48,343 nt of DNA from a virus (Duplodnaviria > Caudoviricetes). Under the pieces are notes generated by a model. That model was not told where the DNA came from, made no database searches, and was given only the letters and a program-made list of their open reading frames with translations. The stretch is taken from the IMG/VR virus record IMGVR_UViG_3300013885_000007, positions 1-48,343 of that record; one strand, 5' to 3'. This document shows, piece after piece, positions 17,680 to 27,681 of the stretch. Every line of letters starts with the position of its first letter. Position 1 is the first letter of the stretch. The position numbers and the translations under genes are program-made.

Positions 17680-18178
17680 AAAAGTCTATGGTTCAGCCGA
17701 TACATACGAGCGGAAACTCCGGCGGGTAATGGAGCGCCTGGGGGTTACGGACTATCAATTCGACTGGGGTCGTTGGGAAACCTGGATACAATTCAAATAC
17801 AAAGGTAATCTGTACCGTTTCGAATACAACATACAAAATGCCCAGGAGCACGGTCAAAAGATTCAGTACGGATCGGACTGTTTTGCTCAACTGGTGCTCG
17901 CTCTCGAGGATCTAGCCAGGCTGGTAGAGCGGGGAATCTATGAACTGAGCACCTGGGTCGCCGGGATGAAATGTTTACCGGAACCGGTGAAAGTCCCGTC
18001 ATTTTTCAGGTATCTGCGGTTCGAAGAAATCCCGGCCAGTGTCGAGGACGTTCGAGCCCGGTACCGGGAGTTGGCAAAAGAAATGCATCCTGATGCCGGC
18101 GGAGATCCGGAGGATTTCAAGAAGCTGACCGAGGCAGCGGAAAAGTGCATGCAATGGTTCGGTGGTGGGAAAGCGTGA
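17672..18178 (+). CDS. Protein with C-terminal DnaJ (J) domain
   Basis: YRELAKEMHPDAGG (HPD motif); GGAGG RBS before GTG 17672. Confidence 0.8.
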   Translation: MAKKVYGSADTYERKLRRVMERLGVTDYQFDWGRWETWIQFKYKGNLYRFEYNIQNAQEHGQKIQYGSDCFAQLVLALEDLARLVERGIYELSTWVAGMKCLPEPVKVPSFFRYLRFEEIPASVEDVRARYRELAKEMHPDAGGDPEDFKKLTEAAEKCMQWFGGGKA

Positions 18179-19080
18179 GGCAATGCACTTGGTCCCCTGA
18201 GCAGGATGATTTCCTGCGAGCAAACTACCACTCATTACAGTTGAAAGAGATTGCCCGAATTCTAGGCAAGACTACATCCACCGTAAACAACAGGGTAAAT
18301 AGATTGGGGATTGCCAGAACCAAGAAGGAGCCTCCCTGGAGCGATGAAGATATCCGCTTCCTCCGGGAAAATTGGGGCAAGCTTAGCATCCGTACCCTGG
18401 CTAAAAGATTAAACCGTAGTGAGAACGCGATTTTGGTCAAATCCAAAATGCTTAAGTTGGGCCCCATCCAGGATAAGAGTTTGTTTACAAAGAGAGAAAT
18501 ATGCCATTTGTTGAGGGTTGATCATCGTAAGGTTGGCAGATGGGTGAGTCAGGGCCTGCTAAAGGCAAAAATAGCGCCAACATCCCGGAAACGGGGCAAA
18601 AGCCGGAACATCCTCCAGGTAATGCCCCAGGATCTGCTTGACTTCTTGCGGGAACATCCGGACCAGTGGGACGCTCGCAAGGCCGGTGATATCCGTCAGG
18701 CAGTTAATGCCAAGGAGTTGCTGGCATCAAAGGTGGAGATCCAGCGTACCGAGGGAGTGAAGCACCGACGGATACCCGAGCATTTGATACCAGCTTTCGC
18801 CAAGTTTGTAGCTGATGTAGCCATGTCAGCAAGCGACCGGATAAGACAGGGCCGGCGCAGTTTTGATTGGATCCAGGAAAAGAAACAGCAGGACATGGAA
18901 ACGCGGCTGCCCCGGGAGGGGTTCCGGTGGACACCGGATGAGGACGAAAGGCTGAGGCGGTTGTTCCGGAAAGGTGATCTGACCGACCGGCAGATCGGCT
19001 TAGTGCTTGGAAGATCGGAAGCTGCGATCAGACATCGGTTAATGCGGATCCGGGAGACGATTTGGGAAAGGGTAGGGTAG
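18175..19080 (+). CDS. Multi-HTH (Myb-like repeat) DNA-binding protein
   Basis: Three W(S/T)xE(Q/D)D..L repeats plus a central HTH. Confidence 0.7.
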   Translation: MRQCTWSPEQDDFLRANYHSLQLKEIARILGKTTSTVNNRVNRLGIARTKKEPPWSDEDIRFLRENWGKLSIRTLAKRLNRSENAILVKSKMLKLGPIQDKSLFTKREICHLLRVDHRKVGRWVSQGLLKAKIAPTSRKRGKSRNILQVMPQDLLDFLREHPDQWDARKAGDIRQAVNAKELLASKVEIQRTEGVKHRRIPEHLIPAFAKFVADVAMSASDRIRQGRRSFDWIQEKKQQDMETRLPREGFRWTPDEDERLRRLFRKGDLTDRQIGLVLGRSEAAIRHRLMRIRETIWERVG

Positions 19081-19110
19081 ATTACGCATTAATGCAGGAG
19101 GTGGTAAGCA

Positions 19111-19350
19111 TTGAATCCTGATACAGGTCACCTCGTAAGAGTGGACAGCGAGGAGGAAATGCTCCGGCTGGCCGAGGCTGGTTATGAGCCGGTGCCGGAG
19201 GAGTTAAATAGAGCGGCTCGGCGGAAACTCGCTGGTCGGAAGGAAGCCCAGGTGAGCTTAATTTCGAGCGGCAAACTATCCCGGTGGGCCGCAAAAAGGC
19301 GGAAGACCAGACGGAAAATGGCCAAAGCCTCCAGGAGGCGGAACAGGTGA
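19111..19350 (+). CDS. Basic hypothetical protein
   Basis: GGAGGTG RBS; Arg/Lys-rich tail. Confidence 0.65.
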   Translation: MNPDTGHLVRVDSEEEMLRLAEAGYEPVPEELNRAARRKLAGRKEAQVSLISSGKLSRWAAKRRKTRRKMAKASRRRNR

Positions 19351-19378
19351 TGACAGAAAACCGCAGAGGTGGGAAAGC

Positions 19379-19648
19379 ATGAGCGTCGCTCTGACTCCTC
19401 ATGACCTGGCGCTCAATTGGTGCGCCCTGGCAGTAAGCATCCTGGCAAACCAGTACACACCGCCAGAGATGGCGTTTGCGATGATTGACCGTAACCTACC
19501 CGTATTCGATGCCCAGGAATTGATCGAAATGAAGAAAACCATGACCTATAAGCAGATCGGGGAGTTGCTGGGCCTCAAGCCGGAGCAAGTGAGAAAGAGG
19601 ATTCGAATGAAGAAAGCGAGGGATAGGCATGCTTTACTATCGCTGTAA
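19379..19648 (+). CDS. Small HTH protein
   Basis: MTYKQIGELLGLKPEQVRKRIR. Confidence 0.65.
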   Translation: MSVALTPHDLALNWCALAVSILANQYTPPEMAFAMIDRNLPVFDAQELIEMKKTMTYKQIGELLGLKPEQVRKRIRMKKARDRHALLSL

Positions 19649-20072
19649 ATGTGGCAAGTGTGAAGCTTGGGGGTCAATGCCGCCAGCAAAGTGTGACGGT
19701 TGTCCTGATTGTAATACGACTTTAGAAATACATCCAGATTATCACAAAACACCGGAACCCCATGATTGGGTTACGAAGTACGATGAAAACACTGGCAAAC
19801 CATATCGGATCTGCCAGAGATGCTACCGGAGAGCAGAGGTTAAAGAGCACGGCACGCGGGTTGGAGAGGCTCTTGGACCACTGACCCAGGATCGGTTTAC
19901 GGGCTGGCTTTATGACGGGTACATGGTTGTCATTCATGAAAACGGAGATGAGGTCTGCCCGGGGCCCCACATCTGTGCAGTGTTCAAAGGTAATCAGATC
20001 ATCTGGCTGGACGAAATAGCAACGGCGGGGCGGGCAATACTGGCGGCAGCTGGAGTGAGGTGTAATGCATGA
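19629..20072 (+). CDS. Cys-rich hypothetical protein
   Basis: Several CxxC motifs. Confidence 0.6.
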   Translation: MLYYRCKCGKCEAWGSMPPAKCDGCPDCNTTLEIHPDYHKTPEPHDWVTKYDENTGKPYRICQRCYRRAEVKEHGTRVGEALGPLTQDRFTGWLYDGYMVVIHENGDEVCPGPHICAVFKGNQIIWLDEIATAGRAILAAAGVRCNA

Positions 20073-21733
20073 TCTGCGTGGGATGCAAATCGCACTTTCC
20101 TGAAGAGGAAATTGGAATTAGCGGGCTATGCGGTCCTTGTTTTCAAAAATACGCCGAGGAGGTGAGAAAAAAGATGTCAGAAAACATCGGCGCCATTGCT
20201 GATCGGATGCAGGTTGCGGCTTATGAAGATCCGTATTACGGGTCCGCCGACCCGGAAGAGGAGCCGGCCCCGGTCCAGGAAACACCGGCAAGCCCTAGCT
20301 ATAAATTGGTGCCTATCCAATTGCTTCATCCTAATCCCAATAATCCCCGCAAAAAGTTCGATCAGGATTCGTTAAACAAACTCACCGAGAGTATCAAGCA
20401 GGTAGGCATCTTGGAGCCGATTTTATGCGTAAAAAATATGCTTGACGAATGGGGATCTTTCGAGTTGCGTATCGTCGCCGGCGAGCGACGCTACCGGGCG
20501 GCCCTGGCAGCCGGCCTGAAAGAGGTGCCGGTGATCATCCGTGACCTGACCCCTGATCAGGAATTCGAGGTCATGCTCACGGAAAACATCCAGCGCCAGG
20601 ACCTGGACCCGATTGAGGAGGCCCAGGCGTTTGCGGCCGCCCTGACCCGGGGCTGGAAGCAGACCGAGCTGGCCGAGCGTCTGGGTATCTCTCAGGCGCA
20701 GGTGGCGAATAGGCTGCGGTTACTGAAGCTCCCGGACCAGGTACAAGATCTTATTTCACGTGAAATAATTTCTCCTGGCCACGGCTTGGCCTTGGTAAAG
20801 GTGGCTGCGGCGCCGGAACTGGTAAAAGCCATTGCAAAAGAATTCCAAGATTACGGAGTTCCTGTTGCCCGGGCAGCTGATATTGTCGACCGTGAAATAA
20901 GAAGTCAGAGTCGTCCTCTTTACTCAGGACAATGGAACGCCCCCAAGTTCAACCATCAGACTACCTGTATCAATTCGAAATGTAAATACAGGGTACATGC
21001 TGTAGCTTGGGAGGACGGGAAAGAGCATGCCTACTGCATAAAACCTGAGTGTTGGGAAAAATATCAGGCTGAAGCTATTCAAGTTGAACGGGAAGCGAAG
21101 ATGGCGGAGTTACGGGCCAAAGCCCAAGCTGCCGGCCAGGAAACGGAACAGGTAGAGCTGCCGAAACTGAAAGACTTGGATAACAACTCCTATAATCGGT
21201 TTACCTATTACTCTGACATCAAAATTGATGAGTGCATCGGCTGTGAAAAGATAGTTGACGCCCTTAATTATAACGACGAAGTTGTCCAAATCTGCACAGA
21301 TACTGCTTGCTGGAAAAAGAAAGCTCAGGCAAAGATTAGAGAAAAAGCTAAGGCAACTAGGGAAAAAAAGAGTACGTTTGAGGATATCAAAGACCGGATC
21401 TTGGAGATGGCCAAGCTCCAAAAGGAACCTGACCGCAGGCTCCTCACCTATATGGCTGTAATGGCTCTGTGCGAGCCAATCAGGTCTTCTTCTTGGACGC
21501 ATGAGAAGGTTTGGAAAGCCGCATACAAATTTTTTGGTTGGCCAGGCGAAGAATATCCCGGTTGGCATCATGAGGCAGGCATCAAAGATCTGCTCAATAA
21601 CCTGGAGAAAATGGATCAGGGTGAGCTTTGGCAGGTCGTCCTGTTCGGTTTGCTTCGGGGCATTGACCCGGATGAGAAAGTGTTTCATCTTACCTTGAAC
21701 TCTATGATCGAGGAAACAAATATCGATCAATAG
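20069..21733 (+). CDS. parB: ParB/Spo0J/Noc-family CTP-binding DNA clamp with Cys-rich C-terminal extension
   Basis: PNPNNPRK, GILEPI, IVAGERRYRA, ENIQRQDL, HTH ...SQAQVANRLRLLKLP...PGH. Confidence 0.92.
   Translation: MICVGCKSHFPEEEIGISGLCGPCFQKYAEEVRKKMSENIGAIADRMQVAAYEDPYYGSADPEEEPAPVQETPASPSYKLVPIQLLHPNPNNPRKKFDQDSLNKLTESIKQVGILEPILCVKNMLDEWGSFELRIVAGERRYRAALAAGLKEVPVIIRDLTPDQEFEVMLTENIQRQDLDPIEEAQAFAAALTRGWKQTELAERLGISQAQVANRLRLLKLPDQVQDLISREIISPGHGLALVKVAAAPELVKAIAKEFQDYGVPVARAADIVDREIRSQSRPLYSGQWNAPKFNHQTTCINSKCKYRVHAVAWEDGKEHAYCIKPECWEKYQAEAIQVEREAKMAELRAKAQAAGQETEQVELPKLKDLDNNSYNRFTYYSDIKIDECIGCEKIVDALNYNDEVVQICTDTACWKKKAQAKIREKAKATREKKSTFEDIKDRILEMAKLQKEPDRRLLTYMAVMALCEPIRSSSWTHEKVWKAAYKFFGWPGEEYPGWHHEAGIKDLLNNLEKMDQGELWQVVLFGLLRGIDPDEKVFHLTLNSMIEETNIDQ
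20751..20768. promoter_or_regulatory. parS/NBS-hybrid palindrome, copy 2 (inside parB)
   Basis: Perfect TTATTTCACGTGAAATAA, lying in the codons for LISREII. Confidence 0.85.
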
Positions 21734-21745
21734 TTCACCTTTACA

Positions 21746-22396
21746 ATGCATATTTATGCAGAATTAACGTATAAACCTTGCGGCACAAGGGAGAAGGGGA
21801 AATTGAACCTGTTTGAATCTGCAAAAACGGTGCCTATTGACCGCGTAATAGACGTGATGCACGGCCTTTCCGGAGCGCGCCGGCAGTCTGGCCGGTTGGT
21901 GATGTCATGCCCGTTCCACCAGGACCCGACGCCGAGCTTCACCATCTATGAAAAGACCAATTCGTTCTACTGCTTCGGATGCGGCGCCGGCGGTGACGGG
22001 ATCAAGTTTGTGCAGAAGTTTTATAACCTGCCGCCGCGGGATGCGGCCATGGCCATCTGCCGGGCATTCGGGTTGATGGTGGACGTAGACTCGAATAAGC
22101 CAGAAACGCAGGCAGTACGACAGCAGATCGAAAGCCAGCAGGAAAGACGCAAACTTGAACGGGCCCTCCTGGCCTGGGCGGATGCCGCCTACCTGAAGCT
22201 GTGTGCTCTCAGGAGGGCATACTTTACGGCGCTGAACGGCTTTGAAGAGCTCCAGTCAGAATGGTGCATGAGGCTGGATTATATCGACTACGTCCTTGAC
22301 TTGCTGCAGTTTGGGAGCCTCGCAGACAAGCTGGCCGTTTACAGGGCCGTCCGGCAGGAAGAATTAGGGTTAGTAGGGGGGTGGCTACGTGACTGA
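21746..22396 (+). CDS. CHC2 zinc-finger (DnaG N-terminal-like) protein without TOPRIM
   Basis: CPFHQDPTPSF...FYCFGCGAGGD. Confidence 0.85.
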   Translation: MHIYAELTYKPCGTREKGKLNLFESAKTVPIDRVIDVMHGLSGARRQSGRLVMSCPFHQDPTPSFTIYEKTNSFYCFGCGAGGDGIKFVQKFYNLPPRDAAMAICRAFGLMVDVDSNKPETQAVRQQIESQQERRKLERALLAWADAAYLKLCALRRAYFTALNGFEELQSEWCMRLDYIDYVLDLLQFGSLADKLAVYRAVRQEELGLVGGWLRD

Positions 22397-24542
22397 CGAG
22401 GAGAAACTGGATTTCACAGAAGCCGACAAGGAAGGGCTAGCCGCCTATATAGACAGCGAATCAGAAAAAAATGCCAATAACAACACGCTCGACGTGGACA
22501 CTATCATCCTGTTCTGCCGGGAAGATCCCCAGGGAGTGTTCGATGAGAAGATCATCGGCGCACTGGCGATGATGACCGAGGCGGACCGGGCTAAGGTCAA
22601 GACTGCCTTAAAAAATAAAATTAATAGCAGAGATTTCGACAATGCAATCAAGGACTACAGGAAGAGAAACAACCTGCTCCGGATAGCGGACAAGAGCGCG
22701 GACAGGCCGCGCCTCACCGCTACATTGCCCGACTGCCCGCTGGACGCACCGGTGCCGGGATCCTGGCAGATAAACCAGGATGGAGTTTTCGAGGTGGTGA
22801 CCCGGATAGGAGAGAGTGGCTTCGTTACGACCAATATCGAGCGCCGTTTCCCCGTCCCCGTGGTCCTGGCCGCCGCCCTGACGCCGCTTGATACCCAGGA
22901 TGAAACGTTCAGCTACGAGGTGGCCTGGTTGAATGGCGGCGGTGATTGGCACCGGGTGGCAATGGACGCCGCGGCCATATTTGACCGGTCACGGCTCACC
23001 GGGGCGGCAAATTTCGGGCTGCCTGTCGATTCGGAAAACTCGAAGGGGCTGCTCAGGTGGCTTGCGGCGCTGCGGGACACGAGAGAGGTGCCGAGCAAAC
23101 GAGTGGTGACGCGATGCGGGTGGCATGGAGGACAGAAAAAAATACTCGTGGTAGGCGCTCAAATTGTTAATAGCAAAGAAGGAGATGATCAAGTGAATAA
23201 TATCGAGTGGTCTCCGAATGTTAGGGGCACAGAACGAGAAATGGTGAACGCCTTAACAGCAAAAGGTGATCCGAACAAGCAGAAAGAGCTACTACTCAGG
23301 GTATGTAAACGCTGGCCGCTGGCCGGGTTTCTTGTGGGCGCATCCTGCGCGGCACCGTTGCTCAGGCTCCTCAGGGAACACAACCGCTTGGATATCGATG
23401 GATTTACGGTAGAGGTGGTGAGCGATCAGGCCGGGGTGGGCAAATCAACTGGAATCGAACTGGCGGCGTCCATCTGGGGACAACCATCCAGACTGGTCCG
23501 GACCTGCGACCGAACGGGAGTGGCCTGGGAGGTGATGCGTTACGTGTTTTCGGATCTGCCAATCTTCCTGGAAGAAGTGCAATTGGCTAAACCGGAGGAC
23601 CGGGAAAAGATTGTTTACAGCCAGAGTCAAGGGATGGGTCGGGAGCGCGGTTCCCGGAGTGGCGGGCTCAGAACGACCAGGCGGTTTTACAACGTGCAAC
23701 TGATAGCATCGGAACAGAGCCTCAAGGATTCAGGCTCCCGGGAAGGCATGGAGGCCCGGGTGATCACGTTGTCGCCTGTGTTTGGGAAAAGGAGCCCGGA
23801 ACATGCCATCGAGGTCAGAGAAATCCGGAAACAGTGCGGAACCCATTACGGTCACGCAGGTCAGTCGTATATCAAGTATCTTGTGGACAAAGTCAACAGT
23901 GGCCGGTGGGAAGATATCCTGCAACTGTTCGACGAGCTTGAAGTAATTCTGCAGCAGAAAATTCCTGCAGATGCGCCTGGGGAATTTCAGTCGATAGCTA
24001 TCAGGATGGCCAGCCGGGTAGCCGCCTGCGGGTTGGGACTCTGGTTGCTGATGGAGGCCCTGGGAGTCAGTATCGAGGATGGCGCCCAACAAATCCCGTT
24101 CAACGCGATGATGGCTGCATGGAATCGGGAAGTGCTGAAGAACATCGATGCGGTGCCGTTGTGGAAGAAAGCATTGGCTGTAATCCAAAGTTGGGCGGCG
24201 GAAAACAGGAACCGAATAGAGGGGCTGGAACCCTTTGGAATGCATGGTCCCAAGTCGCCGACCAGTTATATCGGCAAGGTGATTCAACTACGCAACCAAC
24301 CGGATCGCTGCATTTGTTTTTACCAGAATGCCTTTAACGAGGTAATTATGAAACATCTTAACCAAGACAGTAGGACTATCTTGAAGGCATTCAAGCGGGA
24401 GGGTGTGATCATTTTAGGCGATAAGGATAAGCCAACCAGAAATGTGGGCAATGGATGTAGGGCAATATGCTTTTCTTATGACACCATCTTCCCGTCAGAT
24501 GATGAAGATGACGAACAAAGTTACCATAGTTACCCTGTCTAA
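22389..24542 (+). CDS. DUF927-family replication protein/helicase
   Basis: CGWH, Walker A AGVGKST, LPIFLEE, G.GRER, HYGHAG motifs; followed by iterons. Confidence 0.8.
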   Translation: MTDEEKLDFTEADKEGLAAYIDSESEKNANNNTLDVDTIILFCREDPQGVFDEKIIGALAMMTEADRAKVKTALKNKINSRDFDNAIKDYRKRNNLLRIADKSADRPRLTATLPDCPLDAPVPGSWQINQDGVFEVVTRIGESGFVTTNIERRFPVPVVLAAALTPLDTQDETFSYEVAWLNGGGDWHRVAMDAAAIFDRSRLTGAANFGLPVDSENSKGLLRWLAALRDTREVPSKRVVTRCGWHGGQKKILVVGAQIVNSKEGDDQVNNIEWSPNVRGTEREMVNALTAKGDPNKQKELLLRVCKRWPLAGFLVGASCAAPLLRLLREHNRLDIDGFTVEVVSDQAGVGKSTGIELAASIWGQPSRLVRTCDRTGVAWEVMRYVFSDLPIFLEEVQLAKPEDREKIVYSQSQGMGRERGSRSGGLRTTRRFYNVQLIASEQSLKDSGSREGMEARVITLSPVFGKRSPEHAIEVREIRKQCGTHYGHAGQSYIKYLVDKVNSGRWEDILQLFDELEVILQQKIPADAPGEFQSIAIRMASRVAACGLGLWLLMEALGVSIEDGAQQIPFNAMMAAWNREVLKNIDAVPLWKKALAVIQSWAAENRNRIEGLEPFGMHGPKSPTSYIGKVIQLRNQPDRCICFYQNAFNEVIMKHLNQDSRTILKAFKREGVIILGDKDKPTRNVGNGCRAICFSYDTIFPSDDEDDEQSYHSYPV

Positions 24543-24812
24543 AGGCAATGGGTAACTTTTGGGTAACTCCTGAAAATCAAGTGCGAGAAGGGATAGAGGA
24601 CAATAAATATATATAAGTTACCAAATTACCCTTATTTATAACTATATATATACACGCACACACGCGCACGCGCGTGATCAAATAATAAATAAAAAAATTT
24701 TTCTACCTTTGTAAAAAAAACGGGTAACTGGGTAACTAAACCCCTCAAACCCTTGTGGCAGTAGGCGTTGACGAGTTACCCTACGGGGTAACTAACCGGG
24801 TAACAGTTACCC
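24519..24812. repeat. Putative replication origin with AGTTACC/GGTAACT iterons
   Basis: About 12 copies in both orientations around an AT-rich core and a TATATATACACGCACACGCGCACGCGCG tract. Confidence 0.75.
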
Positions 24813-24841
24813 AGTCCTGAGAAAAGGAGCTGATCAATCCC

Positions 24842-25312
24842 ATGGAAACCGCACCGCAGTACATGATCAAACCTGAAACACGGCCAACCACGGTTTACAC
24901 GGTATACTTAGCCGGCAGCATCGACGCCCATGCAACCCCGGACGCCGCCATCGCCTGGTGCGAAGAAGCCACCGAAGTGCTCACCGCTGCCGGGTACCGG
25001 GTGTTGAATCCACTGCGCTGGCCGGCCGACAGCTATGATGACAGCGCCGAGATCATGCGCCGTAACCTTGTCGATCTCTTGCTCAGCGACATCATTCTGA
25101 CCGAGATGGACAACCCGGGGCTGGCCTACATCGGCACGGCTATCGAGATTTACCAGGCCTGGCAGCTGGACAAGGAGATCATCCTGTGGGGCAGGGCCAA
25201 CCGGCGCAGCCACGCCCTGAGATATTATGCGCCGTTGAGATACGACACTTTAGGAGATGCCTTAAATTACCTTGTGTTGAAAATGAGAGGAGTTGTTTCA
25301 ATTGTCCGTTAA
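24842..25312 (+). CDS. Nucleoside 2-deoxyribosyltransferase-like (nucleotide N-glycosidase) protein
   Basis: VYLAGSI, VLNP, D....DIIL, GTAIEI motifs. Confidence 0.75.
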   Translation: METAPQYMIKPETRPTTVYTVYLAGSIDAHATPDAAIAWCEEATEVLTAAGYRVLNPLRWPADSYDDSAEIMRRNLVDLLLSDIILTEMDNPGLAYIGTAIEIYQAWQLDKEIILWGRANRRSHALRYYAPLRYDTLGDALNYLVLKMRGVVSIVR

Positions 25313-26336
25313 CCTGGAGAAACCAACCCCGATTGAATGTCTGGAGCAGCGTATAGCCATGACTGAGGCGCGCCAGATGCGGCCGGAGGACCTGAACCGG
25401 GAGGATTGCCAGCGGCTGCTTGAGGCCGGATTCGAGAATTACGTCATTGCCCGGTTATATGGCTTCAGCGAAACAGACTTCTTTTCCAAGCTGAAGGAGT
25501 GGGGATTAAACAAACCGCTGAAGAACTGGGATTTCCAAAGCGATCGGCGAAGCGATCGGAATAAGTCCGATGGACCATCGAGATTGACGCCGGCTGATCT
25601 GACCCGTGAGCAGGCGGCCAGAATGTTGCTCGCCGGCGTGTCCAAGCCGGATATACGGCGGAAGTATAATTTCCCGAATGCCTCGGCGCTATATGCCCGG
25701 CTGGAAGAATGGGGCCTACACAAAAAGGGATTGCCGCTTGACTTTGAATCAAAACAGAAGGAGGTTCGCAAGATGGCAGCAGCAGTGCTTAAGGAAATTG
25801 AACAGGAGAAGCAAATTTTGCAGACCAAAACTGAGCTCACCGAAGAGGAAAAGCTGGATTTATTTGGAGAGCAGGAACCCTCGATCGAGGCCGTCCAAAA
25901 GGCTGCCGAGGACAAAGATGTCAAGGACGAAACCCCGGAGAATTCCATGACAGAACTGTTTAGTGTTGACTTGTCAACCTGGGAACCGGTGGACTACACA
26001 AAGGCACGATATACCACTGCACCGTATTTATGGGTCAGTGCGAAGGGATACGGCGTAATCGGCAACACTGATTTGCGTCCTAGCAGCTATGTCCAGTTCC
26101 GAATTGATCCCGCTGGTTGTCGGATTGCGGTAATACCGGCCAGCCAGGGCCAGTTGCTCTATAACGAGGAAGCCAAGCAGCGACGGCGGTTCAGCGGTAA
26201 CCACCTGGCTCGTAGACTGCAAGCCAAAGGAATTAAGCTACCGGCAAGGTTCCACTTGGAGTGGAACGAGGCGGCGGGGGCATACATCGGCGTGCTGGTC
26301 GAGAAAATCGAGAAACTTGAAAGCGAGGCGGTCTAG
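25293..26336 (+). CDS. Hypothetical protein with two HTH-like repeats
   Basis: P.DL.RE....L.AG...L.EWGL occurs twice. Confidence 0.65.
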   Translation: MFQLSVNLEKPTPIECLEQRIAMTEARQMRPEDLNREDCQRLLEAGFENYVIARLYGFSETDFFSKLKEWGLNKPLKNWDFQSDRRSDRNKSDGPSRLTPADLTREQAARMLLAGVSKPDIRRKYNFPNASALYARLEEWGLHKKGLPLDFESKQKEVRKMAAAVLKEIEQEKQILQTKTELTEEEKLDLFGEQEPSIEAVQKAAEDKDVKDETPENSMTELFSVDLSTWEPVDYTKARYTTAPYLWVSAKGYGVIGNTDLRPSSYVQFRIDPAGCRIAVIPASQGQLLYNEEAKQRRRFSGNHLARRLQAKGIKLPARFHLEWNEAAGAYIGVLVEKIEKLESEAV

Positions 26337-26897
26337 ATGGCGAGGATTGTTGGCATCGATGCCAGCCTGACCAACACCGGAATTGTGATTTACGACACAG
26401 AAGCCGAAACTTACTGGTCAGCCGTCATCACCAGTCAAAAAACTGGTGTTCGGCGTTTGATCGACATACACAACCAGGTTGTTTCTTATCTGACCGGTGC
26501 GGACATGATCGTCATCGAAGGTTATGCTTACGCTGCAGCCAACCAGGCACACCAGCTCGGGGAACTCGGAGGTGTTCTGCGGGTCATGTTTCATGAATCC
26601 GGTATAAAGTGGATTGAAGTGGCGCCGCAGCAGGTAAAGAAATTTGCAACCGGAAGCGGTAATGCGGGCAAAGACGTAATGCTACAGCAGGTTTATAAGC
26701 GCTGGGGGGCTGAATTCAAAACATCGCATGAGGCCGATGCTTACGCCCTGGCCCGTATCGGCGCCGCTTATCTCGGCCAGGTGGCCGGGCTGACGGCGTT
26801 GCAGCTGGACGTGGTGGAGGAGATCAGGAATGGGAAGGCACGAAAGATGAAAAAGGCTGCCGCGGGGAAGAAGGAGAAGGGGGTTGCGTCATTATGA
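26337..26897 (+). CDS. ruvC: RuvC-like Holliday junction resolvase
   Basis: IVGIDASLTNTG, VIEG, VKKFATGSGNAGK, EADAYALA. Confidence 0.85.
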   Translation: MARIVGIDASLTNTGIVIYDTEAETYWSAVITSQKTGVRRLIDIHNQVVSYLTGADMIVIEGYAYAAANQAHQLGELGGVLRVMFHESGIKWIEVAPQQVKKFATGSGNAGKDVMLQQVYKRWGAEFKTSHEADAYALARIGAAYLGQVAGLTALQLDVVEEIRNGKARKMKKAAAGKKEKGVASL

Positions 26898-27232
26898 CGC
26901 GGGCGAAGATTGAGCATAACTGGAAAAGCGATGCAAGAGGGCGCAGCGTTTTAGTCCTCACGAAGACAAGAGGCAGACTAACCCTCGATGAGATTACGGA
27001 TTACCTGCTATATAACGCCAAACTATATGGGCAGTACGTGATATTGCTGAACGCATCCGAATCTGTTTGTGGTGGCTGTGGGTGGGGCGATGATGAGAAG
27101 CAGGGTGACAGCGTCGCTTTATACGAGATAATCGAACAGGAAAAATGCCCGATCTGCAAGGGCGTAACACCCTTGCAGTATTGCCCCAAATGCGGTGAAG
27201 AATTGGTGGAAGGTGGTGGCGGTGAATCATGA
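26894..27232 (+). CDS. Zinc-ribbon protein
   Basis: CPIC...YCPKCG. Confidence 0.65.
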   Translation: MTRAKIEHNWKSDARGRSVLVLTKTRGRLTLDEITDYLLYNAKLYGQYVILLNASESVCGGCGWGDDEKQGDSVALYEIIEQEKCPICKGVTPLQYCPKCGEELVEGGGGES

Positions 27233-27666
27233 TGTTCATTGCCCTGCTTATTCTCCCGGACCGCGCTGCCCTGGTCCCGATTCCTGATAACCTGGCTGCA
27301 AAGTATCATCTTGCCCCGCAGCGCATGCCCTTCTCTACCGGTCTGGTGCTGGATGCCTGGGAAGGCAGCTACTGGGCGCATTGTTCGCTGACTGACTGGC
27401 GATGGGTCAGCGATACAATCTATGATTCATTCACCGGGCGGACGCGCGTCTCCGGGGCGGCGGTGTTTCCGGGGTTTCCAAAAAAGAAACTGCGCTGCCC
27501 TTATAATCCCAGGGTGCCCGGCTGCGATTACAACAGTTGTTCGGATAATACACACTGCATTGAGAAGCCCTGGGTGAAGCAGAACATCGATCAGGATTTT
27601 GCGGGTCTGAAAGCGACGGGCAGCCCGCCAGTTAAGAGGCGTCGCGGCAGGAGAAAAACCGCATAG
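27229..27666 (+). CDS. Hypothetical protein
   Basis: ATGA coupling; Cys-containing C-terminus. Confidence 0.6.
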   Translation: MMFIALLILPDRAALVPIPDNLAAKYHLAPQRMPFSTGLVLDAWEGSYWAHCSLTDWRWVSDTIYDSFTGRTRVSGAAVFPGFPKKKLRCPYNPRVPGCDYNSCSDNTHCIEKPWVKQNIDQDFAGLKATGSPPVKRRRGRRKTA

Positions 27667-27681
27667 GAGCGTGATACCCAG

